From Treponemataceae bacterium (GTDB lineage Bacteria; Spirochaetota; Spirochaetia; Treponematales; Rectinemataceae), in assembly GCA_963678065.2 (NCBI GenBank), contig CAXXVZ010000005.1:128001-192000 (forward strand): a DNA stretch of 64,000 nucleotides, read 5' to 3'. The position numbers and the translations under genes are program-made. The notes under the pieces are model-generated. The model saw only the letters and a list, made by a program, of their open reading frames with translations. It did no database searches and was not told the origin of the DNA. Positions 48,281 through 58,618 of this stretch are shown in pieces (position 1 is the stretch's first letter; the number at the start of each line of letters is the position of its first letter).

Positions 48281-48991
48281 ATGGGTATCTTCGATAGAAT
48301 CAAGACAGTCGTGTCTTCGAACATCAACGACATGATCAGCAAGGCCGAAAATCCGGAAAAAATGCTCAACCAGCTGGTTGTCGACATGAACCAGCAGATG
48401 ATCGATTCCAAGAAAGCCGTGGCCATGGCGATCGCCGACGAGAAAAAACTCGAGCGCGACATGCTCGAGAACAAGGCCAGGGCGGACGAGTGGGAAAAGA
48501 AAGCGATGCTGGCCGTCCGCGCAGGACGCGATGATCTCGCCAAGGAAGCCCTTCTCCGCAAACAGGAATTCGAAGGTTACGCCGCCCAGCTCTCGACGCA
48601 GTGGCAGGCGCAGAAGGCCTCCGTCGAGAAGCTCAAGGATTCCCTCCGCCAGCTCCAGGCCAAGATCGACGAGGCCGGCCGCAAAAAAAACATCCTCATC
48701 GCGAGGGCGAAGCGCGCCGAGGCCCAGGACAGGATCAACCAGACCATGTCCAGCCTGAGCGGCAACAAGAGCGCCTTCGACACCTTCGAGAGAATGGCCA
48801 AAAAGGTCGACGAAATCGAGGCCAAGGCCGAGGCCCACAAGGAACTCGAGGATCTCTCCACATCCGCGAGCCTCGAGAAGCAATTCGCCATGCTTGAATC
48901 CTCCTCTGGGGTGGGTGCTGACGCCATGCTCGAGGATCTCAAGCGCAAGATGCTCACCCAGGATGCCGGAACCGAGGGCGGGCAGAGCTGA
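48281..48991 (+). CDS. pspA: Phage shock protein A (PspA/IM30)
   Basis: MGIFDRIK..VSSNIN....AENPEKML, WE.KA..A...GRDDLAKEAL, FERM..KV. Confidence 0.93.
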   Translation: MGIFDRIKTVVSSNINDMISKAENPEKMLNQLVVDMNQQMIDSKKAVAMAIADEKKLERDMLENKARADEWEKKAMLAVRAGRDDLAKEALLRKQEFEGYAAQLSTQWQAQKASVEKLKDSLRQLQAKIDEAGRKKNILIARAKRAEAQDRINQTMSSLSGNKSAFDTFERMAKKVDEIEAKAEAHKELEDLSTSASLEKQFAMLESSSGVGADAMLEDLKRKMLTQDAGTEGGQS

Positions 48992-49010
48992 ACGGAATCG
49001 GGAGCCAACG

Positions 49011-49718
49011 ATGAAGGCGCTGCTCGTAGCGGACAAAGAGCCCTATCTCCATTACAGGACCAGGCCGGCGGAAGCCGGACGGTCTCCCGGAATGGAGACG
49101 GGCGCGGAGCAGGAACAGGGACGCGTCATCAAGGCATCCTCGGCCCGCGGAGGGCTTTTCGTCCCCGAGCCCTCCATCACGATAGAAGTGACTCCCCGTC
49201 CCGTCTTCGAGACGAAAGCCGACATCTACATCATCCCGGCACACATCTTTACGGGCCTGCGCACGAACGAACGCCCCCACCCCTCATTCGCCTACGGTCC
49301 CGTCAACCTGATGGAAGCCGCCTTCGGCGCGGGCTGCATGGATTACCTGCGGGAGCCTTGGATCATTCCGGAGCTCGAGGCGCGCACAATACGCTACGAG
49401 ACACTCAGGTTCCGCGTCGCCGGGCGCCTCGTGACCGTGACCTCCCGCCGGATGAGCTGCGAAAACGGAGAGCCGGTGCCCCTTCGGCATGGCGAGTATG
49501 TGGCTCTCCGGGTTCTCATCATGAATCACTGCCAGTGCGTCTCACGCGAGACGCTGGAGTTCGCCATCTGGGGCAGCCTGAGGCCCAAGTCCCGCTCCCT
49601 CGATGTCCTCATCTCCTCCCTCCGCTCCTGTCTCGAGAAAATCGCCCCCGGCGGAGGGGATGCCCTCACGTCCTCTCGCGGCTTCGGCTACATGCTCGAG
49701 ACGGAATCCTGCGGTTGA
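49011..49718 (+). CDS. OmpR-type winged-helix protein with a degenerate receiver-like region
   Basis: AFGAGCMDYLREPW; C-terminal SRETLE..IWG...SRSLDVLISSLR...RGFGY. Confidence 0.75.
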   Translation: MKALLVADKEPYLHYRTRPAEAGRSPGMETGAEQEQGRVIKASSARGGLFVPEPSITIEVTPRPVFETKADIYIIPAHIFTGLRTNERPHPSFAYGPVNLMEAAFGAGCMDYLREPWIIPELEARTIRYETLRFRVAGRLVTVTSRRMSCENGEPVPLRHGEYVALRVLIMNHCQCVSRETLEFAIWGSLRPKSRSLDVLISSLRSCLEKIAPGGGDALTSSRGFGYMLETESCG

Positions 49719-49728
49719 AACGACAGGT

Positions 49729-50005
49729 TGTGGATAACTTGTGAGGATAAACGGGACAAAGCGGCGAAGCGCAGGCTGGGCCTCTCCGTTCCGGCGCCGA
49801 TTGTGCGGGTCATGTTCATTTCCTGTTGAAACATCCTGTGGAAATAAAATAATTCATATTGACAGATGTATTTAAAACAATAATTCCCTTCGACGCCGAC
49901 GGACCCTTTGCGCGGCTCTTCACGGAAGTCATTGCACCTCAACACTTTCCGGCTGAAGCGTTTCGGGAACATCCTGTGGATAAGTTGTTCATAGCGGTGG
50001 AAAAG
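49729..50005. promoter_or_regulatory. DnaA-box cluster with AT-rich core
   Basis: Perfect TGTGGATAA at 49729 and 49975; near-matches at 49742, 49837 and 49997; AT-rich 49840-49885. Confidence 0.7.
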
Positions 50006-50087
50006 AAAAAGAGGGGAAACAGCGCCATGCATGCGACAAGCGGCATGAGCTTGCATCCCCTCCTTGCAGTCCGCAGACGTGGGTCGT

Positions 50088-51371
50088 TCAGCCCTGCTCC
50101 TGCCGCTCGATCCGCGCGCCGAGCGTGCGCAGGCGAGACGAGATGCTCTCGTAGCCGCGCTCGATCTGGTAGACGTTGGAGATCGTGCTGAGGCCCTCGG
50201 CGCAGAGCGCGGCGATGACCATCGCCATGCCCGCCCTGACGTCGGGCGATGAGAGGGTCGCGCCCGAAAGGCGACTTGGTCCCGAGACGACGGCGCGGTG
50301 GGGATCGCAGAGCACGATGCTGGCGCCCATGCCGATGAGCTTGTCGACAAAGAACATGCGGGACTCGAACATCTTTTCGTGGATGAGGACGAGTCCGGAG
50401 GTCTGCGTGGCCACGACGGTCATGATCGAGGTGAGGTCAGGGGGAAAGCCGGGCCAGGGCGCGTCGTCGATCTTGGGAATCTGCCCGCCCAGGTCGCTGA
50501 CAACGTTCATGGACTGGGTGGAGGGCACGAAGATGGAATCGGCCCCCGTTATCCAGGATATTCCGAGCCGCCCGAAGCCGACCTTGAGGGGGCGGAGATC
50601 CTCCGGCACGATGCCCTCTATGAGAAGTTCGCCGCGCGTCACGGCCGCGAGGCCGACGAGTGAACCGATTTCCATGTAGTCGGGGCCGATTGAGTAATCG
50701 CAGCCGCCGAGGGATTGGACTCCCTCTATCCTGACCACGTTCGAACCGATTCCTTCTATGCGGGCGCCCATGGCGACGAGCATACGGCAGAGGTCCTGGA
50801 CGTGGGGCTCGCTCGCGGCGTTGCGGATGACGGTGGAGCCCGCCGCGAGCGTCGCGGCCATGACGGCGTTCTCCGTGCCCGTGACCGAGGCCTCATCGAG
50901 GAAGATGTCGGCGCCCGCCAGTTTGTTGGCGCTGAACTTGAGGAAACCGTCCACGGATATGCGCGCGCCGAGCTCTTGCAGGGCGAGAATGTGGGTGTCG
51001 ATGCGGCGGCGCCCGATGGCGTCTCCTCCGGGCGGAGGAAGGATGACCCTTCCGAAGCGGGCGAGAAGGGGGCCCGCGAACAGTATGGAGGCGCGGACTT
51101 TCTTGGCCTGCTCCTCCTGCACCTCCCAGCGACTGAGTCCGGCCGGGTCGATCCTCCACTCGTGCGCCCCCAGCCGCTCCACACTGGCCCCCAGAGAGGT
51201 GAGAACGTCGAACATGACGAGGACATCCTCAATTTCGGGTATGTTGCGGAGAGTTACGGGAGCTCCGGCCATGGAGCAGGCGGCGATGCAGGGCAGGGCC
51301 GCGTTCTTGTTGCCGCTCGCGCGGATTTTCCCCTTTACGGGAAAGCCGCCTTCTATGACATACTTGTACAT
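50088..51371 (-). CDS. murA: UDP-N-acetylglucosamine 1-carboxyvinyltransferase
   Basis: [22 protein letters not shown] (Asp at the fosfomycin-target Cys position), IERGYE. Confidence 0.95.
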   Translation of the reverse strand: MYKYVIEGGFPVKGKIRASGNKNAALPCIAACSMAGAPVTLRNIPEIEDVLVMFDVLTSLGASVERLGAHEWRIDPAGLSRWEVQEEQAKKVRASILFAGPLLARFGRVILPPPGGDAIGRRRIDTHILALQELGARISVDGFLKFSANKLAGADIFLDEASVTGTENAVMAATLAAGSTVIRNAASEPHVQDLCRMLVAMGARIEGIGSNVVRIEGVQSLGGCDYSIGPDYMEIGSLVGLAAVTRGELLIEGIVPEDLRPLKVGFGRLGISWITGADSIFVPSTQSMNVVSDLGGQIPKIDDAPWPGFPPDLTSIMTVVATQTSGLVLIHEKMFESRMFFVDKLIGMGASIVLCDPHRAVVSGPSRLSGATLSSPDVRAGMAMVIAALCAEGLSTISNVYQIERGYESISSRLRTLGARIERQEQG

Positions 51372-51465
51372 GGCCACACTCTAGGACCAACGCGGAGTTC
51401 TGGTCAATCGAGGTGGCCCCCGAGGCGGCTTGTCCGCGTTCCGGCCGGGTCGGTATAGTCGATCC

Positions 51466-52470
51466 ATGAACGATGCGATCACCCTCCCCAGACCTGACGA
51501 TTTCCATGTCCACCTCCGCCAGGGCCAAGCGATGCGGGCCTACGCGCGCCGCGAGGCCCTCTGGTTCGGCAGGGCGATGGCGATGCCCAACACGGTGCCC
51601 GCCGTTTCCTCGGCCGCTGCGGTCGGCGCATACCGCGAGGAAATACAGGGCGTCGCGGGAAAGGCTTTTTGCGCCCTCATGACCTTCAAGGTATTGCCCG
51701 GAATGAAGGCCGAGGATGTTTCGGCCTGTCATGCCGCGGGCGCGATAGCGGGAAAGTACTATCCGGCCGGGGCGACGACGAACTCATCCGACGGGCTCTC
51801 CGATCCGGATCTCGCGGAGGAAGCTCTCGGGGCGATGGAAGATGGTGGCATCGTTCTGTCCATCCACGCGGAAGATCCCTCGGCGCCTGTTTTCGAACGC
51901 GAGGAGGCCTTCCTGCCGGTGTTGGAGAGGATCATGCTCCGTCACCCGCGGCTCAAGCTTGTGTTCGAGCACATTTCGAGCGCGGCGGGGCTCAATTTCG
52001 TCCTCTCCGGGCCCGAGAGACTCGCCGGAACTCTCACCGCCCACCACCTGCTCTTCAGCGTCGACGATATGATGGGCGAATCCCTCGATCCTCACCTCTA
52101 CTGCAAGCCCGTCATCAAGGGGAAAAAAGACAGGGAGGCCCTGCGCGCAGCCGTGCTCGGCGGAAACCCGAAACTCTTCTTCGGAAGCGACTCGGCTCCC
52201 CACCCCCGATCCGCCAAGGAATGCGCGAAGGCGGCCTCGGGAGTCTACTCAGCCCCGACAGCCATCCCCGCCCTCGTCGCCCTGTTCGAACGCGAGGGGG
52301 CATTGCCGGCTCTCGCGGGATTCTTCGCGGCGAAGGGCGCGGAATTCTATGGACTTCCGGCCCCGGAAGGGGAGCTTCGACTCGTGAAGCGTCCCTGGAC
52401 CGTGCCCGCCGAGATGGACGGTGTCGTTCCGATGCTCGCGGGGAAAACCCTGGACTGGGACAGGGAATAG
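51466..52470 (+). CDS. pyrC: Dihydroorotase
   Basis: PDDFHVHLR, MPN, KYYPAGATTNS, EHIS, YCKP, GSDSAPH. Confidence 0.95.
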   Translation: MNDAITLPRPDDFHVHLRQGQAMRAYARREALWFGRAMAMPNTVPAVSSAAAVGAYREEIQGVAGKAFCALMTFKVLPGMKAEDVSACHAAGAIAGKYYPAGATTNSSDGLSDPDLAEEALGAMEDGGIVLSIHAEDPSAPVFEREEAFLPVLERIMLRHPRLKLVFEHISSAAGLNFVLSGPERLAGTLTAHHLLFSVDDMMGESLDPHLYCKPVIKGKKDREALRAAVLGGNPKLFFGSDSAPHPRSAKECAKAASGVYSAPTAIPALVALFEREGALPALAGFFAAKGAEFYGLPAPEGELRLVKRPWTVPAEMDGVVPMLAGKTLDWDRE

Positions 52471-52505
52471 AGCCACACAATGGCTGTAGGACGCAGCCTT
52501 GCGAC

Positions 52506-53633
52506 CTACAGCCGGACGATCCTCGAGTGAGTCAGAACTTCGTGCCCTGTCTCGGTGATGAGGACGTCGTTTTCGAGCCTCACGCCGCCGAGATCGGGGT
52601 GGTATAGTCCGGGTTCGATGGTGATGATGTTGCCCGGCTCGAGGACGGCCCTGTTCTCTTCGCGCAGATTGACGCCGGGGGCCTCGTGGGCCTCGAGTCC
52701 GACCCCGTGCCCGAGGGCGTGAGGCATGGCCTGCCCCGCCGAGGAGAAGATGCCGTCTGCCTTCGCCGCGATGTCGCGGGTCGCCACCCCGGGCGCGCAC
52801 ATGGCTATGCCTGAGTCGTAGGCCTCGCGCACGAGGGAAATCATGCGCTCGCGTTCGACTCCCGGATCGCCCCGGACAAAGGTCATCGTGATGTCCGTCG
52901 TGTAGCCGCCGAGCTTGAGGCCGCAGTCCAGGATGGACATCCCATCGGTGGCGAAGGGGCCTGAGCCGTAGGCGGGCACGGCGTGTATGCCGAAACTCCT
53001 GCCCGGCCCCGCCGCGAGGGTCTCGAATCCCGTACCTTCGCAGCCAAGTATCCTCGCCTGTCTCTCGATGTAGAGGGCGACGTCGACTTCGGTGGTGAGC
53101 TTTCCGGACCTGACACCTGCTTCGATGCCATCCATGAGAAGGTCTGTGATTCTGGATGCCTCGCGGTAGAGCTCGAGTTCGCCGGAGTCTTTGACCGCCC
53201 GCATGCCGAGGACGAACTCGTCCACGCCGTCTTCCTCGCAGACCATGTCGTAGTCCTCCAGAGCGCCGACGAAGTCGATATACCGGAGATAGGAAGTTCC
53301 GGAAGAAAGCGCGATCCGGGAACCGTCAGGTATCCCGAGCTTGTGCGCGACGGCCAGGGTGGCCGCCGTCGCTTTGCGCCCGAAGGAGGTGTAAGGGATG
53401 ATTTCGTCGACGCAGGCGCATTTCTGCGCCATGTTGAGGTCCCAGGGGACGAGGACGGAGCGGGCATCGGCGGTGACGACGAGGAAGGCGTCGCCGGGAT
53501 GTCCGGAGAGGTAGGTGACGCTGCGGCCTCGCATGCCCTCGAAGTCCTCGAAGCGGGCGGCGGCGATTCCTTTTCCGGCGAGATATGCGGCGACGCGCTT
53601 TCGGCGCGCCTCAAAGACGAAAGGGTCGATCAT
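52506..53633 (-). CDS. Xaa-Pro aminopeptidase (M24 family)
   Basis: DCG....GYTTDIT, HALGHGVGLEAHE, TIEPG, GVRLEN; start re-called at MIDPF. Confidence 0.9.
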   Translation of the reverse strand: MIDPFVFEARRKRVAAYLAGKGIAAARFEDFEGMRGRSVTYLSGHPGDAFLVVTADARSVLVPWDLNMAQKCACVDEIIPYTSFGRKATAATLAVAHKLGIPDGSRIALSSGTSYLRYIDFVGALEDYDMVCEEDGVDEFVLGMRAVKDSGELELYREASRITDLLMDGIEAGVRSGKLTTEVDVALYIERQARILGCEGTGFETLAAGPGRSFGIHAVPAYGSGPFATDGMSILDCGLKLGGYTTDITMTFVRGDPGVERERMISLVREAYDSGIAMCAPGVATRDIAAKADGIFSSAGQAMPHALGHGVGLEAHEAPGVNLREENRAVLEPGNIITIEPGLYHPDLGGVRLENDVLITETGHEVLTHSRIVRL

Positions 53634-53813
53634 AAAAAACTCCCGCTCCCGCGCCTGGCCTTCAGAGGCCGGCATGGCGGAAGCGGGAGTCAGTATATAC
53701 TGAGGAACGGGCCAGGTGAAAGCTCGGTCCCGGCACGCGCCCAGTGCCCGCGTCGCCGCGGGCGGAGACTCCGGAGCACCAGAGCGCCGGAGCGTTCGGA
53801 CCACGTCCCGGAC

Positions 53814-54992
53814 TCAGGCCTTGGCCGCGGCGAGGACCTCGTCCAGGGATTTCTTCATGATGGCGAGGCCTTCGTCGATCTCCGCCTCGGTGATCACGAG
53901 CGGCGGAAGGAGGCGCAGGGTGTCCTCTCCCGCAGTGAGGGCGAGAAGGCCGTTGGCAAGGCAGCGCGCCATGAGGTCGGCGGGCTTGCAGCTTACCGCG
54001 ATGCCGATCATAAGGCCACGGCCGCGCACGACTTTGACGAGAGGATGGTTCCAGCTCCGCACCGCGTCCATGATGCGCGCGCTCTTGGCCGTGACAGCCT
54101 CCATGAAGCCGGGAGAGTTCAGCGCCGCGATGACGACGCGGGCGGCGGCCGTGGAGAGAGGATTGCCGCCGAAGGTCGAACCGTGGTCGCCGGGGACAAA
54201 GACGTTCGCCGCCGCGCCGCGCGCGAGGACAGCCCCGATGGGCACGCCGCCGCCCAGGCCCTTGGCCACGGTGACGAGGTCAGGCCTGACGCCGAAGTGT
54301 TCGTAGCAGAAGAATTTCCCCGTGCGGCCGAGGCCGGCCTGGACCTCGTCCGCGATGAGGAGGATGTTCCGCTCTTTGCAGAGCCTGGCCGCCGCCTGCA
54401 CATATTCCGTGTCGAGGGGAACGACGCCGCCCTCTCCCTGGATGCCTTCGAACATGAAAGCGCAGACAGTCCCGTCCAGAGCCGCGTCCAGAGTGGCGAT
54501 ATCGTTGGCCTGAACGTAGCGGAATCCTTCCGGGAAGGGGCCGAAGTTGACGTGGAATTTATCCTGTCCGGTCGCCGTGAGGGTCGCGAGGGTGCGGCCG
54601 TGGAAGGAGCCCCTCAGCGTGACGACGACGTTTTTCTTCGAATCGATCGACGAACCGTACTTGCGCGCGATCTTGATGGCGCCCTCGTTGGCCTCGGCGC
54701 CGGAGTTGCCGAAGAAGACGCGGTCGCAGTCCGCGGTCCGGCAGAGTTCGCCCGCGAGCGCGAGAGCCGTGTCGCTCTGATAATAGTTGGAGATGTGAAT
54801 CATCTTGCCGGCCTGTTCGGAGATGGCCGCCACGAGGCTCGGGTTGGCATGCCCGAGGATGTTGACGCCAATCCCCGAGGAGAAGTCCACCCAGGATCTA
54901 CCCTCGGCGTCGAAGAGCCGGGCGCCCCGGCCATGCGTGAATACAAGAGGCGTCCTCTTGTAGGTGTCCATGAAATATCCGGATTCGCTCAT
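53814..54992 (-). CDS. argD: Acetylornithine aminotransferase
   Basis: NSGAEANE, FHGRT, DEVQ.G.GRTG, AKGLGGG, HGSTFGGNP; in argCJBD. Confidence 0.93.
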   Translation of the reverse strand: MSESGYFMDTYKRTPLVFTHGRGARLFDAEGRSWVDFSSGIGVNILGHANPSLVAAISEQAGKMIHISNYYQSDTALALAGELCRTADCDRVFFGNSGAEANEGAIKIARKYGSSIDSKKNVVVTLRGSFHGRTLATLTATGQDKFHVNFGPFPEGFRYVQANDIATLDAALDGTVCAFMFEGIQGEGGVVPLDTEYVQAAARLCKERNILLIADEVQAGLGRTGKFFCYEHFGVRPDLVTVAKGLGGGVPIGAVLARGAAANVFVPGDHGSTFGGNPLSTAAARVVIAALNSPGFMEAVTAKSARIMDAVRSWNHPLVKVVRGRGLMIGIAVSCKPADLMARCLANGLLALTAGEDTLRLLPPLVITEAEIDEGLAIMKKSLDEVLAAAKA

Positions 54993-55855
54993 ACGATCAT
55001 CGTCCCCATGCCTTTGTCGCTCAGGAGTTCCACGAGCAATGCGTGCGGTACCCTTCCGTCCAGGATGTGGGCGGACTTGACGCCGTTTTCCACGGCGGTC
55101 ACGCAGCACTCGAGCTTCGGTATCATGCCTTTGGAGACAATGCCGCCCGTGATGAGGGCCGGCAGTTCGCTCCGGTGCATTTCGGTTATCAGGGTGCCCT
55201 CATCCGCGACATTGCGCAGGATTCCGGGCACATCGGTCAGGAGAATCAGCTTCTCGGCCTTCATCGCGAACGCGAGGGCGGCCGCGGCGGTGTCGGCGTT
55301 GACATTGTAGTACTTCTCGTCGTCTCCCCGGCCTGCAGCGATCGTCGCCACCACGGGAATGAATCCGTCCCGGAGCGCGTTTTCGATGATGGAGGGATCG
55401 ACATCCGTGATATCGCCGACGAGGCCGAGGTCGGCGCCGTCCTTGATGAGGCGCTTGGCGGTGAAGAGGCCTCCGTCGATGCCGCACAGTCCTGTCGCCT
55501 TGCCGCCGTTCTTCTGGATGATGCCGACGATGTCCTTGTTCACGGTTCCTGCGAGGACCATCTGGACGACGTCCATCGTCTCCTCGTCGGTGTAGCGCAG
55601 GCCCTTGATGAAGACCGGCTCCTTGCCCAGCTTGCGCAGGGTCGCGTCGATCTCCGGTCCGCCGCCGTGCACGAGGACGACCTTGACGCCGATCTGGGAC
55701 AGAAGGATGAGGTCCTGCATGACGGCCATCTTGACGCCTTCATTGACCATGGCGGCGCCGCCGAATTTCACGATAATCACCTTGCCGAGATATTTTTTGA
55801 TATAAGGCAGGGCCTGGATGAGAAAGTCAGCCCTGACGTTGTCAGTAATGTTCAT
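54989..55855 (-). CDS. argB: Acetylglutamate kinase
   Basis: VKFGG, VHGGGP, GLRYT, NVNAD, GMIPK. Confidence 0.96.
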   Translation of the reverse strand: MNITDNVRADFLIQALPYIKKYLGKVIIVKFGGAAMVNEGVKMAVMQDLILLSQIGVKVVLVHGGGPEIDATLRKLGKEPVFIKGLRYTDEETMDVVQMVLAGTVNKDIVGIIQKNGGKATGLCGIDGGLFTAKRLIKDGADLGLVGDITDVDPSIIENALRDGFIPVVATIAAGRGDDEKYYNVNADTAAAALAFAMKAEKLILLTDVPGILRNVADEGTLITEMHRSELPALITGGIVSKGMIPKLECCVTAVENGVKSAHILDGRVPHALLVELLSDKGMGTMIV

Positions 55856-55948
55856 ACCCGTTCTCCTTCGGTTTCGGGATTGGCAAATCGGCCGACCCCA
55901 GCCCCTGTCTGACCGGGGGCCGGCTGACGACTATGTCCGGACCGACCC

Positions 55949-57166
55949 CTATGTTCGATAGTCGCCATTGATCCTGACGTACTCGTATGACAGATCGCAG
56001 CCCCAGGCGGTGGCCTGTGCCTCTCCGACGTGGAGCTCGACATACATCGTGATCGCCTGGGCGCTCAAAACCAGTTTGGCTTTTTCCTCGCTGAATGGCA
56101 AGGGTGCGCCGTTCTTGCAGACTTCGATGTAGCCCTTCGCGCTCTCGAAGGCGAGGTCGACCTTGGCGGGGTCGAAGGCGGCCGGGGTGTAGCCGAGGGC
56201 GCACAGGACGCGACCCCAGTTGGCGTCGGAGCCGAACATGGCCGTCTTGACGAGACTCGAGCAGATGACGGACTTGGCGAAGGCCTCGGCGTCTTCCTCG
56301 CTCACCGCCCCGTCGACATTGCACTCGATGAGCTTGGTCGCGCCCTCGCCGTCGAAGGCGATGAGTTTGGCCAGCTCGACGTTGAGCCAGTCCAGGGCCT
56401 CCGCGAAATTGCGGTAGTCGCCGTTCTTCTCCGTGATGAGGGCGTTGCCGGCCATGCCGTTCGCGAGGATGACCACCATGTCGTTCGTGCTCGTGTCGCC
56501 GTCCACCGAGACGCGGTTGTAGCTGAGCTTCACGCTCGCGGACAGGGCCTCCTGAAGGAGGTTCCGGTCGATGGCGCAGTCCGTCGTGATGAAGGAGAGC
56601 ATTGTCGCCATATTGGGGTGGATCATGCCCGAGCCTTTGGCCATGGCCCCGATGACAACCGTCTTCCCACCGATCTCGACGGAGACCGTCACTTCCTTCT
56701 TCATGGTGTCGGTCGTCATGATGGCTTCGCGCGCGTCAATCGAGCCGGCCTTGGAGAGTCCCGCGACGAGGCTGTCCATCCCCGCCTCGATGACCGAAAC
56801 GTCGAGGGGAACGCCGATGACGCCGGTGGAGGCGACGACGACGTCCTTGGCCTTTACAGGCAGGCGCTTCGCGACAAAATCCGCCATGGCGCGGGCCGCG
56901 ACGATGCCGGCCTCGCCAGTGCAGGTGTTGGCGTTGCCGGAATTGACGATGACAGCCTGAGCAACGCCGTCGGCCAAGTGCTCCTTCGTCACGACGAGTG
57001 GCAGGCCGATGACCTTGTTGGTCGTGTAGCAGGCCGCCGCCGTGCAGGGCACTTCCGACCAGACGAGGGCGAGGTCCTTCTTTTCCTTGTTCTTCCTGAT
57101 GCCTACATGGACGCCGGAAGCGGTGAATCCCTTGGGTGCTGTGACTCCGCCACGAATTTCTTTCAT
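55949..57166 (-). CDS. argJ: Ornithine acetyltransferase / N-acetylglutamate synthase
   Basis: NSGNAN, KGSGMIHPNMATML, DGDTSTND, DGEGATK. Confidence 0.96.
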   Translation of the reverse strand: MKEIRGGVTAPKGFTASGVHVGIRKNKEKKDLALVWSEVPCTAAACYTTNKVIGLPLVVTKEHLADGVAQAVIVNSGNANTCTGEAGIVAARAMADFVAKRLPVKAKDVVVASTGVIGVPLDVSVIEAGMDSLVAGLSKAGSIDAREAIMTTDTMKKEVTVSVEIGGKTVVIGAMAKGSGMIHPNMATMLSFITTDCAIDRNLLQEALSASVKLSYNRVSVDGDTSTNDMVVILANGMAGNALITEKNGDYRNFAEALDWLNVELAKLIAFDGEGATKLIECNVDGAVSEEDAEAFAKSVICSSLVKTAMFGSDANWGRVLCALGYTPAAFDPAKVDLAFESAKGYIEVCKNGAPLPFSEEKAKLVLSAQAITMYVELHVGEAQATAWGCDLSYEYVRINGDYRT

Positions 57167-57186
57167 TCTCTGCCTCTCGATCCCGG

Positions 57187-58245
57187 TCAGAACGCCGGGG
57201 GTATCATCGTAAGGCCCGACGTCTCATTGAAGCCGAGCGCGATGTTCATATTCTGTACCGCCTGACCGGCGGCACCCTTCACCATGTTGTCTATGGAAGA
57301 GACGATGATGGCCGTCTTTCCGTCATGAGCCATGTGCAGCGAAATGTCGCAGTAATTGGAGAATTTGACATAGCGGTTGGATGAGACCATTCCCTCGGGC
57401 AGGACGCGGACGAAGGGCTCTCCTGAATAGAAGTGAAGGTAGGCCTCGTGCAGCTCCGCGAGGGTCGCGGGCTTCGCGAGCCCGAAGTAGATCGTGCTGA
57501 CGATGCCGCGGTTCATCGGGGCGAGATGGGGCGTGAAGATGGCGTTCACCTCTGTGCCGGCAATGCCCGACAGGGTGCGGATGATCTCGGGCGTGTGCCT
57601 GTGTTCTCCGATCTTGTAGGGGGTGTAGCCGTCCGCACACTCGGGATAGTGGGTCGTCTTGGAGGGCTCGCGGCCGGCGCCCGTCACTCCCGAAGCCGCG
57701 TCGATGATGATCCGGTCAGTCTGGGCGAGGCCGAGCTTGAGGGCGGGCAAAAGGCCCAGGGCGGCCGAGGTCGGGTAGCAGCCGGGATTGCCGATCACCT
57801 TCGCTTTGGCGATGAGGGCGCGGTTGAGTTCGGGCAGTCCGTACACCGAGGCAGCGTGGACGGCTTTGTTCGTCCAGGCCACGCCGTACCAGGCCTTGAA
57901 GGTCTCTTCGTCGTCGCCAAAACGGAAGTCAGCGGAAATGTCGATGAAAACCTTGCCGGCGGCCAGGCACTCCGCGGCGGCTTTTTCGGCGAGGCCGTGC
58001 GGCAGGCAGGAGAACACGATGTCGGAGGCCTCGACGACGGCGTCCTGATTGACGAGGCGGCCGGTCACTCCAGGCCGCTTGAGGCTTGCGAGGAAATTGG
58101 GGTACACGCGCTCCATGGCGTCGCCCTCGAAGCTGACGGAGCTCAGCGAGAGTCCGCCCACTTCGGGGTGGGACGAGAGGAGTCGGAGAAGCTCGGCCCC
58201 GGCATAGCCTGTGGCGCCGATGATTCCGCAATCGATCACGGTCAA
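57187..58245 (-). CDS. argC: N-acetyl-gamma-glutamyl-phosphate reductase
   Basis: GATGYAG, YGLPE, NPGCY, DNMVKGAAGQA; start may be GTG at 58239. Confidence 0.96.
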   Translation of the reverse strand: MTVIDCGIIGATGYAGAELLRLLSSHPEVGGLSLSSVSFEGDAMERVYPNFLASLKRPGVTGRLVNQDAVVEASDIVFSCLPHGLAEKAAAECLAAGKVFIDISADFRFGDDEETFKAWYGVAWTNKAVHAASVYGLPELNRALIAKAKVIGNPGCYPTSAALGLLPALKLGLAQTDRIIIDAASGVTGAGREPSKTTHYPECADGYTPYKIGEHRHTPEIIRTLSGIAGTEVNAIFTPHLAPMNRGIVSTIYFGLAKPATLAELHEAYLHFYSGEPFVRVLPEGMVSSNRYVKFSNYCDISLHMAHDGKTAIIVSSIDNMVKGAAGQAVQNMNIALGFNETSGLTMIPPAF

Positions 58246-58405
58246 CTCCTGTACTCGATACCGACACTCCCCCTCTCATGAGGTGATGCTGCCGGGTCGA
58301 ATGGACTAGCCTCCGGTCAGCCAGGGACCGGGGCCCGGTTATCTATGTGGGTTCCTTGTGGCTTCCGGCCGCAAAGTTACCGTCTGTGGTGTGGGAAAAG
58401 TGTTT

Positions 58406-58549
58406 TCAACGACGGGGAAAAAGACGCAAGAAAGGTCGTGGGAAGCGGAGGGGGGTGGGAAGATACTTTATGAAGTCGCATTTCGTGTTGTCGACACATT
58501 GGAAGTCTGACGGGGGCACCCGGCGATACCCGTTCTGGATATTGCTCAT
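58406..58549 (-). CDS. Putative Arg-rich leader peptide of argCJBD (47 aa)
   Basis: GAGGAG RBS; MSNIQNGYRRVPPSDFQCVDNTKCDFIKYLPTPLRFPRPFLRLFPRR. Confidence 0.5.
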   Translation of the reverse strand: MSNIQNGYRRVPPSDFQCVDNTKCDFIKYLPTPLRFPRPFLRLFPRR

Positions 58550-58618
58550 CTGCTTCTCCTCTTCGGAAAGGTGAGCACGATGAAAATACGAATCGCCTTT
58601 CCATGTCAAGACTGCGCG

